DNA of 64,000 nt from Basidiobolus meristosporus CBS 931.73 (GCA_002104905.1 MCFE01000313.1:1-64000), one strand, 5' to 3'; shown: positions 11,414 through 24,201, numbered from the stretch's first letter. Notes: generated by a model from the sequence alone, not told the origin. Program-made: numbers and translations.

Positions 11414-13130
11414 ATGTCGCAATACCCTTACGGAAATCAGTACCCCCAGAATTCCGGATATTATCCACCACCACCACAGCAGGGGCAACAATACGGCGGT
11501 AGCAATGCCTACCCTCCTCCGCCCCAGCAAGGTGGCCAGTATGGTGGCTATCCTTCTCAAAACCAGCAACACAACACCAGTGGCTATCCTCCACAAAATC
11601 AGTCATACAATAACAGCGGGTATCCTCCTCAGAACCAGCCATACAATAGTGGTGGTTATCCCCCATCACAGCCGCCTCAAGGATCCAACTATAACAGCGG
11701 CTATCCACCACAGCCCCAACATCAACAGCAGCCTGCATACGGGAATAATTCATATCCTCCTCCACCAGGCCCACCTTCTGGTCACTCTGGTAATAATTAT
11801 CCAGGGAATTCAGGTACAACCTATCCTCCCGGAGGACCTCAGGAATCGTACCCGCCACCCACTCAAAATTTCTCAGGCTTCCCAATGGGCCAGCCTCCAG
11901 TAGCCAATCCACCAAATGCTTATTCGCAATATCCTCCTCCACCTCAAGGTCCACCAGGATCTGGATATGGACAACCTCCCAACAATGCCACCAACTATTC
12001 AAGACCTCCTCCTCAAGGCCCCCCAATGGGTGCACCATTCAACTCGGGTGGCCCACCTGGCGGTGCTCCTTATGGCTCTATGTACACAGCAAATCAAGCA
12101 AATCAAGATGCGCAAGCACTACGAACTGCTATGAAGGGTTTTGGGTAAACGAAAGTACTTGAATTCAACTAGAAAGAGCCGAATTATTTATACTTCTTCC
12201 ATGAACCTTTAGCACCGACGAGAAGGCTATTATTAATATTGTTTCGCAACGCACACCTGAGCAAATCGCCACGTTGTCCCATGCCTACAAGGCCAACTAT
12301 GGCAAATCCCTAGCGGATGCATTTCGTAGTGAGACTTCAGGGGATTTCGGATATTTACTTCAAGGCTTCGCCATGCCCCAACCAGAGTTTGAGTGCAAAT
12401 GCATACACAACTCCATTGCCGGCTTAGGCACTGACGAAGATGCATTGATCGAACTCGTCGTTGGGCGTAGCAACTCTGAGATGAACAATCTGAAACAATG
12501 CTACCGATACATGTACAACCGTGATATGGAGCGGGAAATCGCTAGTGACACAAGTCATAATTTCAAGAGACTCTTGGTTTCTTTACTGCAGGTGCGTTTG
12601 TTCATTTTCAGGAAATCGACTTTCCCATCTAACATGGTACATCTCCTCAGGCTGGCCGGGATGAGACCCAGCAAGTGTACGACACAAGCGCAGATGTCGA
12701 AGCTTTGTATCGTGCTGGCGAGAAGAGATTTGGCACGGACGAAGGCGCCTTTATCTCCATCATTTGCACCAGATCTGATGCCCACCTGGTCCAGGTGTTC
12801 TCCCAGTATCAAATCAAGTACGGAAAGCCAATCCAGAAGGTGATAAAGAGCGAGTTCTCTGGAGACATCGAACGAGGCTTACTGAGTGTGGTTGGATACG
12901 TTCAGAACCGATATGAGTGGGCTGCCGATCAATTTGAAGAGTCCATGAGAGGATTTGGCACCAGGGAAGATAAGCTGTCTCGTCTAACCATCCGCTTCAG
13001 ACACCCTCACCTTATGCCACACGTAAAACAAGCATATCAGCGCAAGTATGGAAAGTCACTGTACCAGCGCGTCCATGGGGAGACCAGTGGAGATTATCGT
13101 AGGTTGTTGCTAGCCAGCATTGGTCAATAG
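11414..13130 (+). CDS. Annexin (A7/A11-like) with long Pro/Gly/Gln/Tyr-rich N-terminus; 2 introns (12145-12212, 12592-12650)
   Basis: Annexin repeat motifs MKGFG|TDEK, GLGTDEDALIEL, GEKRFGTDEG, MRGFGTREDKL, GETSGDYRRLL; splicing at GT-AG sites restores the frame. Confidence 0.95.
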
Positions 13131-13708
13131 ATAGATGTTGGTAGTGCTAAGCACAAAAATTCACTTGGGCTATATGTAATAAACTATCATTCATTGCAAG
13201 ACCGTGTCACCACCACCGTAGCCAAAGTACCATTAGCTTAATCATAGATGCGTGTTAGATGTAACAATTCATGGTATGTGAGATTGCAGCACAAGCCCAT
13301 TATGCGTTTCAGGTGGGATGAGGGCAAATGTTACAAAGCCGAAACACCGCTGATTCGGAAAATGACCATTCGGCGATGAGGCAGTGCTGATCCGGCTGGA
13401 TAAAAGCGAGACATGTTGCCGGGGAAATTGCGGACTGGATTTTTCCATTCCTCTTCGCCATTTTCCCTAATCGTCAGCGAATTTGGAAGAATTTCCGCAT
13501 TCACCCACCCATCATCGTCAGCACATTCCAGATTCCCTTAATAGTCAACTCCGGTGTCAACCATTTCCCTAGAGAAGATCAAAATCTTGCTAGTCCTTAG
13601 TAAGCAAGCTCGCATTTAAATTCAACTCGATCGTCCTGCGCGCTTATACATAGAATTGTTTACTCTCTCGACAGTTGAATTGTATATATTTCCATCAGTT
13701 AAACAGCC

Positions 13709-15021
13709 ATGCCTGATTCTACTGCCTTAAATTACATTATCGGTTTTGCAGTATCACTGTGCGCTTCTATCATTGATGCGTTTGGCACGAACCTAATGAA
13801 ACGAGACCATTCTCGAAACGCTGCCTTACCTCCAGAACAGCGAAAACATGAGTTCCTACGTTGGGGCTGGCTTCTTGGACTATTTTGCTACGTTGGAAGT
13901 CAGGTTATAGGAAGCACAATCGCTTTGAGTATGGAATGCTTGGTTGTCCCTCTCAAAACTCACATGTACTCATGCGTTTATTGAACTGCTAGATTTTCTG
14001 AGGACGCAGTGGGTTGCACCGCTCGGCTCTATCGCTCTTATCTTCAACTTTATCTTCGCCAGACTTTTGGTTGGGACACCTATCACGAGAAACGACCTGT
14101 ATGGAACCGCTATCGTGATATGTAGTGTGGTATGGGTCGTTGTATTTGGGGGGCTTCGGAACGGAGACGACTGTATGTTTTGCTGTCGATATGAATTTTC
14201 TGCGAGCATTCTTACTAACTTCGATACATCAGACGAAAGCAACATATCACTGGAAATCCTAAAACTGCTTTATTACCGACCACTCTTCATCGCATACTTC
14301 AGCGTCTTGAACGTCAGCACCATTGGAGCCTTCGTGTTCGCCATTATCACAAAAAGAAGATTGAGCAAGAAGCAAGAGAATTGGCTCGTGAAGCCTTCGG
14401 AAGAAATCCGGCTGCACCGCTTGGTCGGGATATCCTTTGCTTGTATTGGTGGGTTGTTTGCGAGTGAGACACTGTTGTTGGCCAAAAGCGGGTATGTGGT
14501 TGGATTTCTAACATCAATTCGATGATTTTCTTACGATTACCATTACCATCATCACCATCTCCATCTCCATCAAATAGCATCCGTCTACTCGTCATTTCGC
14601 TGTCTACCAAGAACCAATTCACCGACGCACTGTCGATTTGTATTGTCATTGGGCTGATCTTCACTGCAGTAATACAGGTATGTACCTTGGAACATTCCGT
14701 CGTTTCTTCGCTCCGGACTAACCCCCAGCTCCTCGCCGTCAGCTGTACTGCTTGAACAGCGCCCTGAAGTTCGCGAACTCCGTGGTGGTCATTCCTCTTT
14801 TCTACTGCTTCTACACCTGTGTCGGATTGCTCAACACGTGCGTGTATCTGGATCAGTTTGAAACCTACCCATGGTGGGTGTTGCTCCTGGTGCTGTTAGG
14901 TGTGATCGCTTTAGTGTTTGGGGTCCGACTTTTGTCGAAGTCCAGGGATGATGATCAGGCCTACATGAGTGTACCTGATGCGGAGCAGAATACATTCGCC
15001 ATGACTCAGTGTACCGATTAG
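13709..15021 (+). CDS. NIPA/DUF803-type multi-pass membrane (Mg2+ transporter-like) protein, multi-exon
   Basis: Hydrophobic exons with DAFGTNLMK, WLLG, VAPLGSIALIFNFIFA, LLLAKSG, NSALKFANSVVVIPLFYCFYT motifs typical of NIPA/DMT proteins; ~4 short introns. Confidence 0.8.
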
Positions 15022-15206
15022 TTGTATATTTGTGAAGATACCTTTTGCTATGTACATAGAACTTGTTAATACCGGAATAAATTCGCCGTTTCGCAGGCAT
15101 CGTTGACTCGCACCAATTGGGAATATCATAATATTTGGCTCGAGATAATCAGACTGATTAGTGCGATAAGAAATGGGTTGTTTTGTTGGTAGGTTGGGTT
15201 TTCTTT

Positions 15207-15285
15207 CTATCATACCCGTATCATAAGTAGGCCTTCTTACTATCATACCCGTATCATAAGTAGGCTTTCGTACTATCATACCCGT
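15207..15285. repeat. 33-bp tandem duplication (~2.4 copies)
   Basis: CTATCATACCCGTATCATAAGTAGGC... starts at 15207, 15240 and 15273. Confidence 0.8.
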
Positions 15286-16252
15286 TACTTCCGGCAAAGA
15301 CTAGTATGTCTGGAAAGATTCCAGCCATAGATGTCAAAGACCGTATGCGTATGCTATATCGTCAAGAACTCCAATGAATAGGCTGGAAGGTTGCATACTC
15401 TAAAATTCGGACCAGCAGCTAAAAGTGACCACCAATCGACTGACAATCGTAGACCCGAAGTAATCGGTTAACTAGCAGGGAACAGCATGGCACCCACTCC
15501 AAACGAACAACGTCATATCTTCCCAAAAGAAACGAAGTGTGTAACAATCGTGGGACCTTTCAAATGTGGTAATGGTACAGTACCAATCCTCTAATTACGA
15601 TTGTCCTACTTCGTGGCCAAAAGTCCCGCTGCCATTATGTCATTAAGAAATGTGGTTGATGCTTTTAGAAATACAAGTGATCCATCGTGGTTGATAAATC
15701 TAGATCGAATGTCCATTTGCTGCGAGACAAGTACTACCCACAGCAGAGCCGACCGAGCCATCTCAACTCTGCTCCACATTTGGAAACTTCCGCCGTCACG
15801 ATGAAATTACTGGTTACGGAATCAATAAATCCATGGAATGAAAAGGGTCTCATTGTACGATGTCGGTTGTAATATCAAGGAAAATGACGTATATCGCTAG
15901 AAAATATGCATCCAACATCCCACTTGCAGGAGCGCAAAATCCAACTCAATCTGCAACCCAGATGGGCGGGTGCTATTAACGCCGGTGCAGAATGTCTTGG
16001 GGAGCACTACATCATTGTTTTGACCGGATTGCTATTGGGCAGTTGGCATGATAACCCATTTCGGAATTGCAAGGCAGTATATAGATGAGTGATCGAATTC
16101 CACAACCTAACGTGTATGTCGAGATAAGCCAATCTGACAGTAGAACTATGGTTAAAAGTGTAATGGTCGATCCCGGACCAAATGGCTGAGGACCAGTATT
16201 TCGTTCTCGCCCAAATTTGGCCCTTGGAATCGAGGCCTTTGTGGATAAGCTC

Positions 16253-16320
16253 GTCTGGTAGAATCAATGGCTGCATTCAAAAATAGTCTGGTAGAATCAA
16301 TGGCTGTATTCAAAAATAGC
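16253..16320. repeat. 33-bp tandem duplication containing (C/T)ATTCAAAAATAG
   Basis: GTCTGGTAGAATCAATGGCTG(C/T)ATTCAAAAATA at 16253 and 16286. Confidence 0.8.
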
Positions 16321-16874
16321 ACCATCACTACCGAAAAGTCCATTTTTCCCACGTCTCCGGAGTTCAGAGTACTGCACAAATGGAGGAGACCCCTTAGGTA
16401 CCCAGCCATCCATTGCGATCATTTGGTTAGTACGCAGTTGACGAACCGGTTTCCAAGGCGGTTCCTATCGGCACAAGATCGATTCGAGTACCTAATCTGG
16501 TTAACAAACCACAAATCAAGCCCTCAGTGATAATAGTGATAATAGTGTGTCTAACCACAGAAAAAGATCCAACCCCCCCGCGAACCTATCAGAACCCAGA
16601 AAGCTATCTCGAAGGCGGCTTTGGAGAACTGGTTTGCTTTCCAAAAAGGGAAGACTGCTCTTGTAGAATATTTCCTCTTTGGGAGGTGGTTGACAACAAT
16701 CATTGGTAAGTGGACACTTTCAAACGAATTGGATGTGACATCATGAACATCGCAACTCTAATTCCAAGATAATTCTGATGAACCCTATTCAAGCACTATC
16801 AAGTATATAAGCCCGGGCATGCTGCACTTCTTTCTAATCAGTCACCTTCATTTCAACAGCATTCCATTTGCATT

Positions 16875-18242
16875 ATGTCCGCAACTTCCCCCAAACTCTT
16901 CAAGTTCGATGAGAAAAATCCTGGCTTCGAAGTATCTCTAAGTGAGGACGCTGGACGTTCCTTGACCGCAGTGCAACCAACCACATATGTAGATGATGAC
17001 GAGGATGAGCCAAGCATTATCATTGAAGAGCCCGGCGAGAAAACCTCGGCCAAAAAGGCTTTTCTTCTACTGATCAAGGCATTCGTGGGTACTGGTATCC
17101 TCTTCTTGCCGAAAGCCTTCTACAACGGCGGCCTTCTCTTTTCCATCTTCATTCTCATTCTCGTGGGTAGTCTCACTACCGTAGCCATCATGCTTCTCGT
17201 CAAAGTACGTCTCCAAGTTCCTGGTGAATTCGGAGAGATTGGTGGCATCCTCTTCGGAAGAGGATTGCAAATCCTGGTCCGAACATCGATCACTATATCC
17301 CAGCTGGGCTTTTGCTGCGCCTATTTCATTTTTGTCTCCCAGAACCTCTACGATCTTACCCACACACTATCCGGATGCAAAGTGGATATCCCCGTGAAAT
17401 ACTTCATCTTCATGCAGCTGATCATCTACGTCCCGTTTGGCATGGTGAGAAAGATCAAGGCTTTCTCGTATGGCTCATTGATCGCCAACGTGTTTATCCT
17501 CTTCGGCATCATCTACATCTTCTACGTGGATATTGACCACTTCGTCACCGCTGGCGCAGGGGACTTCGATCTGTTCAACTCCAAGGACTTCCCACTTTTC
17601 ATTGGTACCGCGCTATTCAGCTTTGAGGGCATCGGCCTCGTCCTGCCCGTGGTGAACTCTATGAAGGACCCAAAACGCTTCCCCACTGTGCTTGCCATGG
17701 TGATTGTTTGCGTGATTGTGCTATTTGTCGGAGTGGGGGCCGTTTCCTACGCAGCTTTCGGCAGCGCCACCGACACCATTATCCTGCTGAACATGCCAGC
17801 CAACCAACCTGCAACCAAGGTCGTTCAGTTGTGCTACGTGGTCGCTATCTTGCTTACGTTCCCATTGATGGTCTTCCCAGCCACCAGGATCCTGGAAGGG
17901 GCCCTCTTTGGTGGCAGATCAGGAAAGAAATCGACCATGATCAAGTGGCAGAAGAATCTCTTCCGCGCTCTTCTTTGCGTCTGCCTTGCCTTGATCTCTT
18001 GGGGAGGTGCCTCCAACCTGGACAATTTCGTTTCGTTGATTGGTGGGTTCGGATGCATTCCATTGCTCTTCATCTACCCTGCATTGTTCCACTTCAAGGC
18101 CTGTGCCAAGCGCACCTGGGTGAAGGTCGGAGATGTGCTCTTGGCACTCTTTGGCTTTGGTGTGATGATCTTCGTGACCTATATCAGCATCAAGAGCTGG
18201 GCAACCTCCGAAATCGTCAACCGTTGTGGCAACTTGGCCTAA
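16875..18242 (+). CDS. Amino acid/auxin permease family transporter (vacuolar AVT3/AVT4-like), intronless, 455 aa
   Basis: KAFLLLIKAFVGTGILFLPKAFYNGG, SQLGFCCAYFIF, FIGTALFSFEGIGLVLP, FVSLIGGFGCIPLLFIYP are Aa_trans signature segments. Confidence 0.92.
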   Translation: MSATSPKLFKFDEKNPGFEVSLSEDAGRSLTAVQPTTYVDDDEDEPSIIIEEPGEKTSAKKAFLLLIKAFVGTGILFLPKAFYNGGLLFSIFILILVGSLTTVAIMLLVKVRLQVPGEFGEIGGILFGRGLQILVRTSITISQLGFCCAYFIFVSQNLYDLTHTLSGCKVDIPVKYFIFMQLIIYVPFGMVRKIKAFSYGSLIANVFILFGIIYIFYVDIDHFVTAGAGDFDLFNSKDFPLFIGTALFSFEGIGLVLPVVNSMKDPKRFPTVLAMVIVCVIVLFVGVGAVSYAAFGSATDTIILLNMPANQPATKVVQLCYVVAILLTFPLMVFPATRILEGALFGGRSGKKSTMIKWQKNLFRALLCVCLALISWGGASNLDNFVSLIGGFGCIPLLFIYPALFHFKACAKRTWVKVGDVLLALFGFGVMIFVTYISIKSWATSEIVNRCGNLA

Positions 18243-18686
18243 TGGCTTCTTCGACCCCATCCATGGATGTTGTATATATGTATGTGTACCTTCAAGTAAA
18301 CAATGATTTCAAAAATAAACCTTCGTATAAAGAATATGAGTGGTATTCATTGGGGATTTTAAGGAGCTTGCTTGGAGAGCTGTCTTCGACTCCGTTGCTA
18401 GGGTCAGGCGCTGAAATAAACATAAATGATTACCTTTTAATTACATTGCATGTTACACACACCGGTCTTTTCCTTCTGGCCCTATTGGTCAATCTGTAGT
18501 CAAAGTATTATTCCTACACTGTACCTTACTCACCCACTTGATCACTTTTCCTCGACTGGTTGGATTACTCTCGTCTTCTCCACTCCGCTAAAAATACTTC
18601 AGTACATTTAGTTTAATTTGCGCTAGCTTATCTTACAGGCGCCCAACCATACACAAGGTTACCTCACACTCGAAAGAGTTGGAACT

Positions 18687-21600
18687 ATGACTACCACCAA
18701 TGTATCAAATTCCCTACATCCTGATAGACCCTCGACTCCATTAGATGAGGTGTTCCGTTGTTTTATATGTCTCGGGGCCTTGCAAAATGCCGTGCTCTGC
18801 CCCACCTGCTCAAAGTTGTGCTGCGAGCATTGCATCAAAGTAAGGAGAGCCTGAAGCTTGCGTTTTGTTTTGCCGACAGTAGAATTCGATACTTACTCCA
18901 CTTAATCCGCTGCATAGAAATGGATTCGCGAGCATCGACCCGAGTGCCCACATTGTAGAGCTCGCTTAACGACCTCACAGCTCGTAACCTGCCGATTTAT
19001 CGATGACTTGCAGCAGGCAAGTAGCCAGTTTTTTTCCTTCCTCTGTGTAGCAACCAACCGAAAGGGAGGTAGGCCTAACCCAGCTTCCCTCAGCAACTTG
19101 AGGTGGTCACCAAGAATAAGAAATTCGCCAAGAAAGATATATGTCCCAAGCACGAGACCAAAATTTCGTATTACTGCAAAACATGTAAAGTGGCTCTATG
19201 CTCTGACTGCGCCATGTTTGGCGACGATGTAAGTGTACAGAAAAGAGCCCTCACCCCCGAGGTCAAAGATATACTTAGAACTTTTATCGTTAGCATCGGG
19301 AGCACGAGTTCGAGCGTTTACAAACTATCTACGAGCATCATGTCAGCAACCTCAAGAAACAGGGGGATGAGCTTCGCCAAAGGCTGATAAAGTTTGAAGA
19401 GATGATCAAGAATGTGGAGTTACGTGAGCGGTTGTGTAGGGACGCCAAATCGCAAGTAAGGAAGTTCGCACATTCACTGTGGTGCTTCGATCCCGCGCTA
19501 ACTCTTCTAGGCTGAGGAGGAGCTGTTATCGCTCACGCAATATTATCAAAATCTGTTGTCTACACAGCTGCAACAAAAGCAGACATCCCTTTTCGGTACG
19601 ATGCTTCCTATTCTTGCTTTGGCTACTTCATTCTGATCCCATATGCAGTCCAAAAAGCCGTGCTCACCAAAGACAAAGAATGCTTGCGGTCCGCGTTGAA
19701 GGAGATCGACGATGCCATCTCGAATTGCTCTTGGGTGGAGCTGATCCAAGAACAAGAGAAGATCGTGGATTTCTTGAACAGAGTAAGTAAGCCATGGCTC
19801 GTATCTGTCTAGTGCCTTGTTGCTGATCCCAAGAAAGATTCAGAGTTCCATCCCGGAGCAGCTCAAGCAGAAGCGAGTAAGCACATTGTTCCAGAGGGAT
19901 TTTGTCCCTACATACGACTACGACATTGTGGAAGTAAAGAACTTCAGGTTGAGGAAATATCTCATACCTTCTCATCGTCCTTTGCGCTGATTGATTGTTG
20001 TGTGTAGTCAACTGGTGGATACTGGTGCAGTATATTACAGCAGACCCATGAAGTCATCGGGGATAAGTTGGCGGCTCAAAGTCTATACAAGTATTGCTCT
20101 TGCCTTGCATTGCGATCTATCAAGGATGGAAAACTGACCTAAATTGCAGTAAAGGAGAATCAAGAAACGTATTTGTCTATGTTCCTGGAGCTTTTGATGG
20201 GCTCCAGCAAACCTTCTACTTATCAGTATTCGTTAGCTCTGGTAAGATTCGGGAATCAGCATCGTATGTAGACTGCACACTTATGCTGGCTTTCCTTTAG
20301 AAACATCCGTTGAACCTTAGCGGGTTCGAACGTAAATTCTCCTCAAACTTTAGACTGGGCGACTGCTGGGGCTACAACAAATTTTGCACGCTTAGCTTTT
20401 TGGTACGTAAGGGTTTGGTATGCAGTACGCGCAAGCGACAAATTCTAAAGATTCCATCTGGTTTTAGCAAGAAAGAGGGTTCGTTTCCAAGAATGTACTA
20501 CGTGTTCGTTACATGGTCAGGGCGGCGACTTATTACCAGCGATACTTGGACCAGAAAAGGTAAGTTGTTGATGGGTCAAGGCATCCAGATTCGAATCCAT
20601 GTTTACACACTTGAATGTTCGCCAGATATATCAAGAAATTGGAGAAAGCCTTGTCAAGCAAAGCCTCCCTAGTTACCCCTTCGAAATATACCTCATTGTA
20701 CGGCGGAAAAGACTCTGGTGATCAAGTGACATGTGTACCAGCAAGCCCGAAAGAAACCATTTGTGCTGCATGTAAGCAGCCATTTATCAAGAAGTTCGAC
20801 AACTCTCTTAACAAATGGATAGTTCCCAACAGCGTTCAGATTAGTGCGAAGGTTTGTTTAGCAGCCTTGACTTGCCGACCCGAACAGCCTTTGATTAACA
20901 TGGCTATATTTTTGTAGCTATACCATCTAGACTGCAGAAAGTCCTCCTCCGCGTATGACGGTGATGGTGATGATGATGATGATGATGATGGGGAAAGCGA
21001 TAATGACGCTCAATCAGCTGCCGAGGTCATAGGCACACCGAGACTTGATAAAGGCAAATCCTCCATCCGACGCAGCTGCTATGGTATTTCATCCCTTTTA
21101 AAAGTAACTGTCGATGCGATGAATACTCAAGTCGATTTCCAATTCAGAGTCACTGCCGTTGAGTGTTGATGAGATCGAGAGTAGCCCATTGCCGAGCACC
21201 TCCAGACTCCGTTCAAGCCACTACGACGTTGATACCGAGCGTCAAAGACCATCAAGAAAGTCAACCTTTGAAGGCCTCTACGAGGCTAGCGTTGACGAAT
21301 CAGAGGTGATCCCTGATGCGATTCCTACTGAAGAGCGCCTGTTAGAGAGCTCAGACAGCCTCGATATTGACAATCTGTCTCTCAACGATCTATATGACAA
21401 TCTAAATACCCCGGATGAAGCCGACCTAAACCCTAGGGCTGAAGAGACCATCTCCCCCACCCCTGCTTCCCCGACCATATCGAATCAGGTACTTGCTTCC
21501 GGCCGCATCTCTTTGGCATCAAGCACTCACCATTTTCCCACTCTCTAGCCACCCACCGCCGCCTCGATCTCGAGACGGCTAATTGGCCTGTCATACTTGG

Positions 21601-22266
21601 AGGATAGTTTGTTCACATTATCTGACGAAACCTTATCTCAGGATGAGATGGGCTCGGACTACTCTCCACAATTGACCTTCAACTCCTCTCGAATGATGTC
21701 GACTACACATCGGGAACGGCCCATGTCTTTGCCGAACTCGCTCGGAGACATATCGAGGTCTCGATTGAAGTGGTAGCAATGTAAACGAAGAGCCGCGGGC
21801 TCATCGACTATCGGTAAACCAAGCATTCTCCAGCTCCACACGGTCCTCTCATAATGATGACATCAATCGCAGCAGCATCTTCTCCGATAGTGGTGGACCT
21901 TCGGCGTCGGAATTATTCAAGCGCTATCTAGGCAATAAGCAACGACGATCAGAGGAGATACCAAGACCGTCGTCGTCGCTAACTTTCCTTCCAAGGGAGG
22001 AGTCCTCGGCGGGGCCATCTAGTCCATTCACCTCGCAGCGTCTCGAGATCCTAAGGATGCTGGAGAATGAGCCAGACGAGAGCGCGCTTGAGGAGTCGAA
22101 TAATCAGCTGCAGCTTAGATTAGACGAATCGTCCGACATTCTGGAAAAGATCAGAGCCTTCACGCGTAGTCTCGACGAGACCCAGGAATCCCAGATATCC
22201 ATTGACTCGCCCACCCTGGATGCCATTGCGGCACAATGGGACATTGACAGTGATGGAGACCATTGA
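18687..22266 (+). CDS. TRIM37: TRIM37-like E3 ligase (RING, B-box, coiled coil, MATH) with additional Pcf11-like zinc finger and acidic disordered tail; ~15 introns
   Basis: Spliced translation gives [31 protein letters not shown]|[14 protein letters not shown] (RING), [27 protein letters not shown] (B-box), FVPTYDY...SWRLKVY...MFLEL...[16 protein letters not shown] (MATH), closely paralleling human TRIM37. The 3' end depends on an inferred intron 21772-21831 that restores the frame to the 22057-22266 ORF. Confidence 0.85.
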
Positions 22267-22467
22267 CCTATGTATTTCTAATTTTTTGAACCATTTCCTG
22301 CTTTTCCCAATCATATCTGGTCGTTGAGAATGGGCTTCTGATTCCAGTTAACCCGACCACACCTCTATTTTATAATGAACCGGCAACTTGTATATGTATT
22401 GAAGCGATTGGTCTTATTATTGGATATTCTTGGGAAAGGGGCTGATAGAGATAGGTATACTGGTGAT

Positions 22468-23293
22468 TTACATGGATTTCATCCGTTCCAAAGTACTGAC
22501 TTTGGCTTCGAGCGCGGAGAGTAGGGAGTCCCAGGAGAGGAAAATCTCTGACAACGTGTTGACCTTGATGAAAGTGGGGAGTTAAGAATAGATGCGAATT
22601 TGTGGTGGGACGGAGGTTTCAAAATGCAACAAAAGGATACGGTGTTGTTGTAGACATCCAGCATGTTGGTGACTCGGGAGTTCAGCTGCTCAAGCAACTC
22701 GGATTGTTCGAGATGAACCTTGCTGAGCGTTTTCAAGGTGGGTTCAAACTGTTTGGCATCTGGATGATTAGAGGGGAGTTAGATGGTGTGAAGGCAGGAT
22801 CGGTCTCAACTGGGCTATACTTTGGAAAGCGGGGGGATTGATGAACTTCTCAAGCCCCTCGATGTCGCTTAAAGTGTTGGAGAGTCTGCTTAGCTCCGCT
22901 TCGGAGCCCAGGATGATCTCTGTTTTCGCCGCCGGAGTGAGGAGGCTCTTCTCGAAATCCAACGGATTGACCTCCAAGAACTCCTTTAGACTATTGACTG
23001 GATGTGCAAATGCGGAAGGAGATTGGGATGAGTAAGGGTCAACAAGCAAGAGAACCACTGGACAGCCTACATTTTTGCAAGAAATCGGCCAGGTATTTCT
23101 TCTGAGCCAATTCTTTTCTCAGTTTCTCCTCCAACTCCTCAACTCTGGCGAGTAGAGAATTGGGGTTTTCTTCCAGGGCGGTTTCCAGGTCGAAAGCTTT
23201 GACATTTCTGCTCTCAGGAGAACGCAGCACGCAGTCCTCCAGGTGTTTCAACCGGAGGTTCAAGGCGAGTATATCCTTTTCTAACGTAGGCAT
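22468..23293 (-). CDS. DCTN3: Dynactin subunit 3 (p22/p24), 3 introns
   Basis: LNLRLKHLE..., AKTEIILGSE, LSKVHLEQ...MLDVYNNT|INTLSEIFLSWDSLL parallels DCTN3 (KLQFILAEE...LAQIHIQQ...LLEEYN...LSKQFVQWDELL). Confidence 0.8.
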
Positions 23294-23667
23294 GACTGGA
23301 AACCAAGTGCCAACGATTTGTGTAAGGTTCCATTATAATCACCAGCATACAACTGGAAATGCAGGATCACCAGAAAGGCCTGGATGATTGGGCAGCTGGG
23401 TGCGGTTTGACATGGAGTTGAATAACTTGTTTATTAATATAGGCATATCGCCCTAAGCCGCTTAAGTATCACTGGGAATTTACTCCAATGTGCCACGAGA
23501 TGAAAAAGAGATAGTAACCCAGTCGATGACTGTCGAGAACCAAGATTCCTTAATATCATTAATCCCAGTTAATGTCAATTTTCGTCTCGAGCCAAGAGTT
23601 GTCTTCTTTCGTTCCAACCCTCGCCAACGGTGCTCAAAGTTCCCCCAGTTGACTCTGGCAGCAAGGA

Positions 23668-24201
23668 ATGAACCCACCCTTTGCGAGCAGAGCTGGTGCA
23701 TATTCCACCGAAACTCTCATTGCTACCTTCCACCCCACTTTGTCTCCCTTTGTTGTAAAAGCACTAGCTCAGTTAGAACCCGAGTATGGGCCAGGATCCA
23801 TCGAGTATGAGATCGCATACAACTTCTTGAATCATACATCCGAAGCACCCGTAAAGCCGCCACCCGCCACACTAGATCGTAGCCTCACTTCCACGTTACG
23901 ACCAGACCTACCGCCCGGATACAGTACAATAAGCAAAGAATGCGTAGAGTACGAGGATAGATACGTGGACGAGAGCAGGTATCCGAGCGACTATCTGGAG
24001 AAAACGGAGGTGCCAGCTGGTGCGTTGCTCTTCCTATTCGGATTTCTGATCATGCCGTGCTGGTGGGTCGGAGCGATTTACCCAAGAGAGCCACGCAACA
24101 AGCTCCAACAAAAATGGCGCTTCTACAACAAGCTCATGTCTGTCGTTTCGGGAATCATCCTGATCTCCGGAGTGGGCATTTTAATCTGGTATCTGAAGTG
24201 A
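23668..24201 (+). CDS. Hypothetical 177-aa protein with two C-terminal transmembrane segments
   Basis: Uninterrupted ORF; LFLFGFLIMPCWWVGAIY and KWRFYNKLMSVVSGIILISGVGILIWYL hydrophobic segments resemble a widespread uncharacterised fungal membrane motif. Confidence 0.7.
   Translation: MNPPFASRAGAYSTETLIATFHPTLSPFVVKALAQLEPEYGPGSIEYEIAYNFLNHTSEAPVKPPPATLDRSLTSTLRPDLPPGYSTISKECVEYEDRYVDESRYPSDYLEKTEVPAGALLFLFGFLIMPCWWVGAIYPREPRNKLQQKWRFYNKLMSVVSGIILISGVGILIWYLK

Noticed and set aside
15300-16250. Hidden gene between the NIPA-like and transporter genes (also 45600-47050)
   Set aside because: Only short ORFs with no motif, splice pattern or codon bias I could recognise.
20953-20990. (GAT)n microsatellite as a separate element
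   Set aside because: It is an in-frame poly-Asp tract inside a TRIM37 exon.
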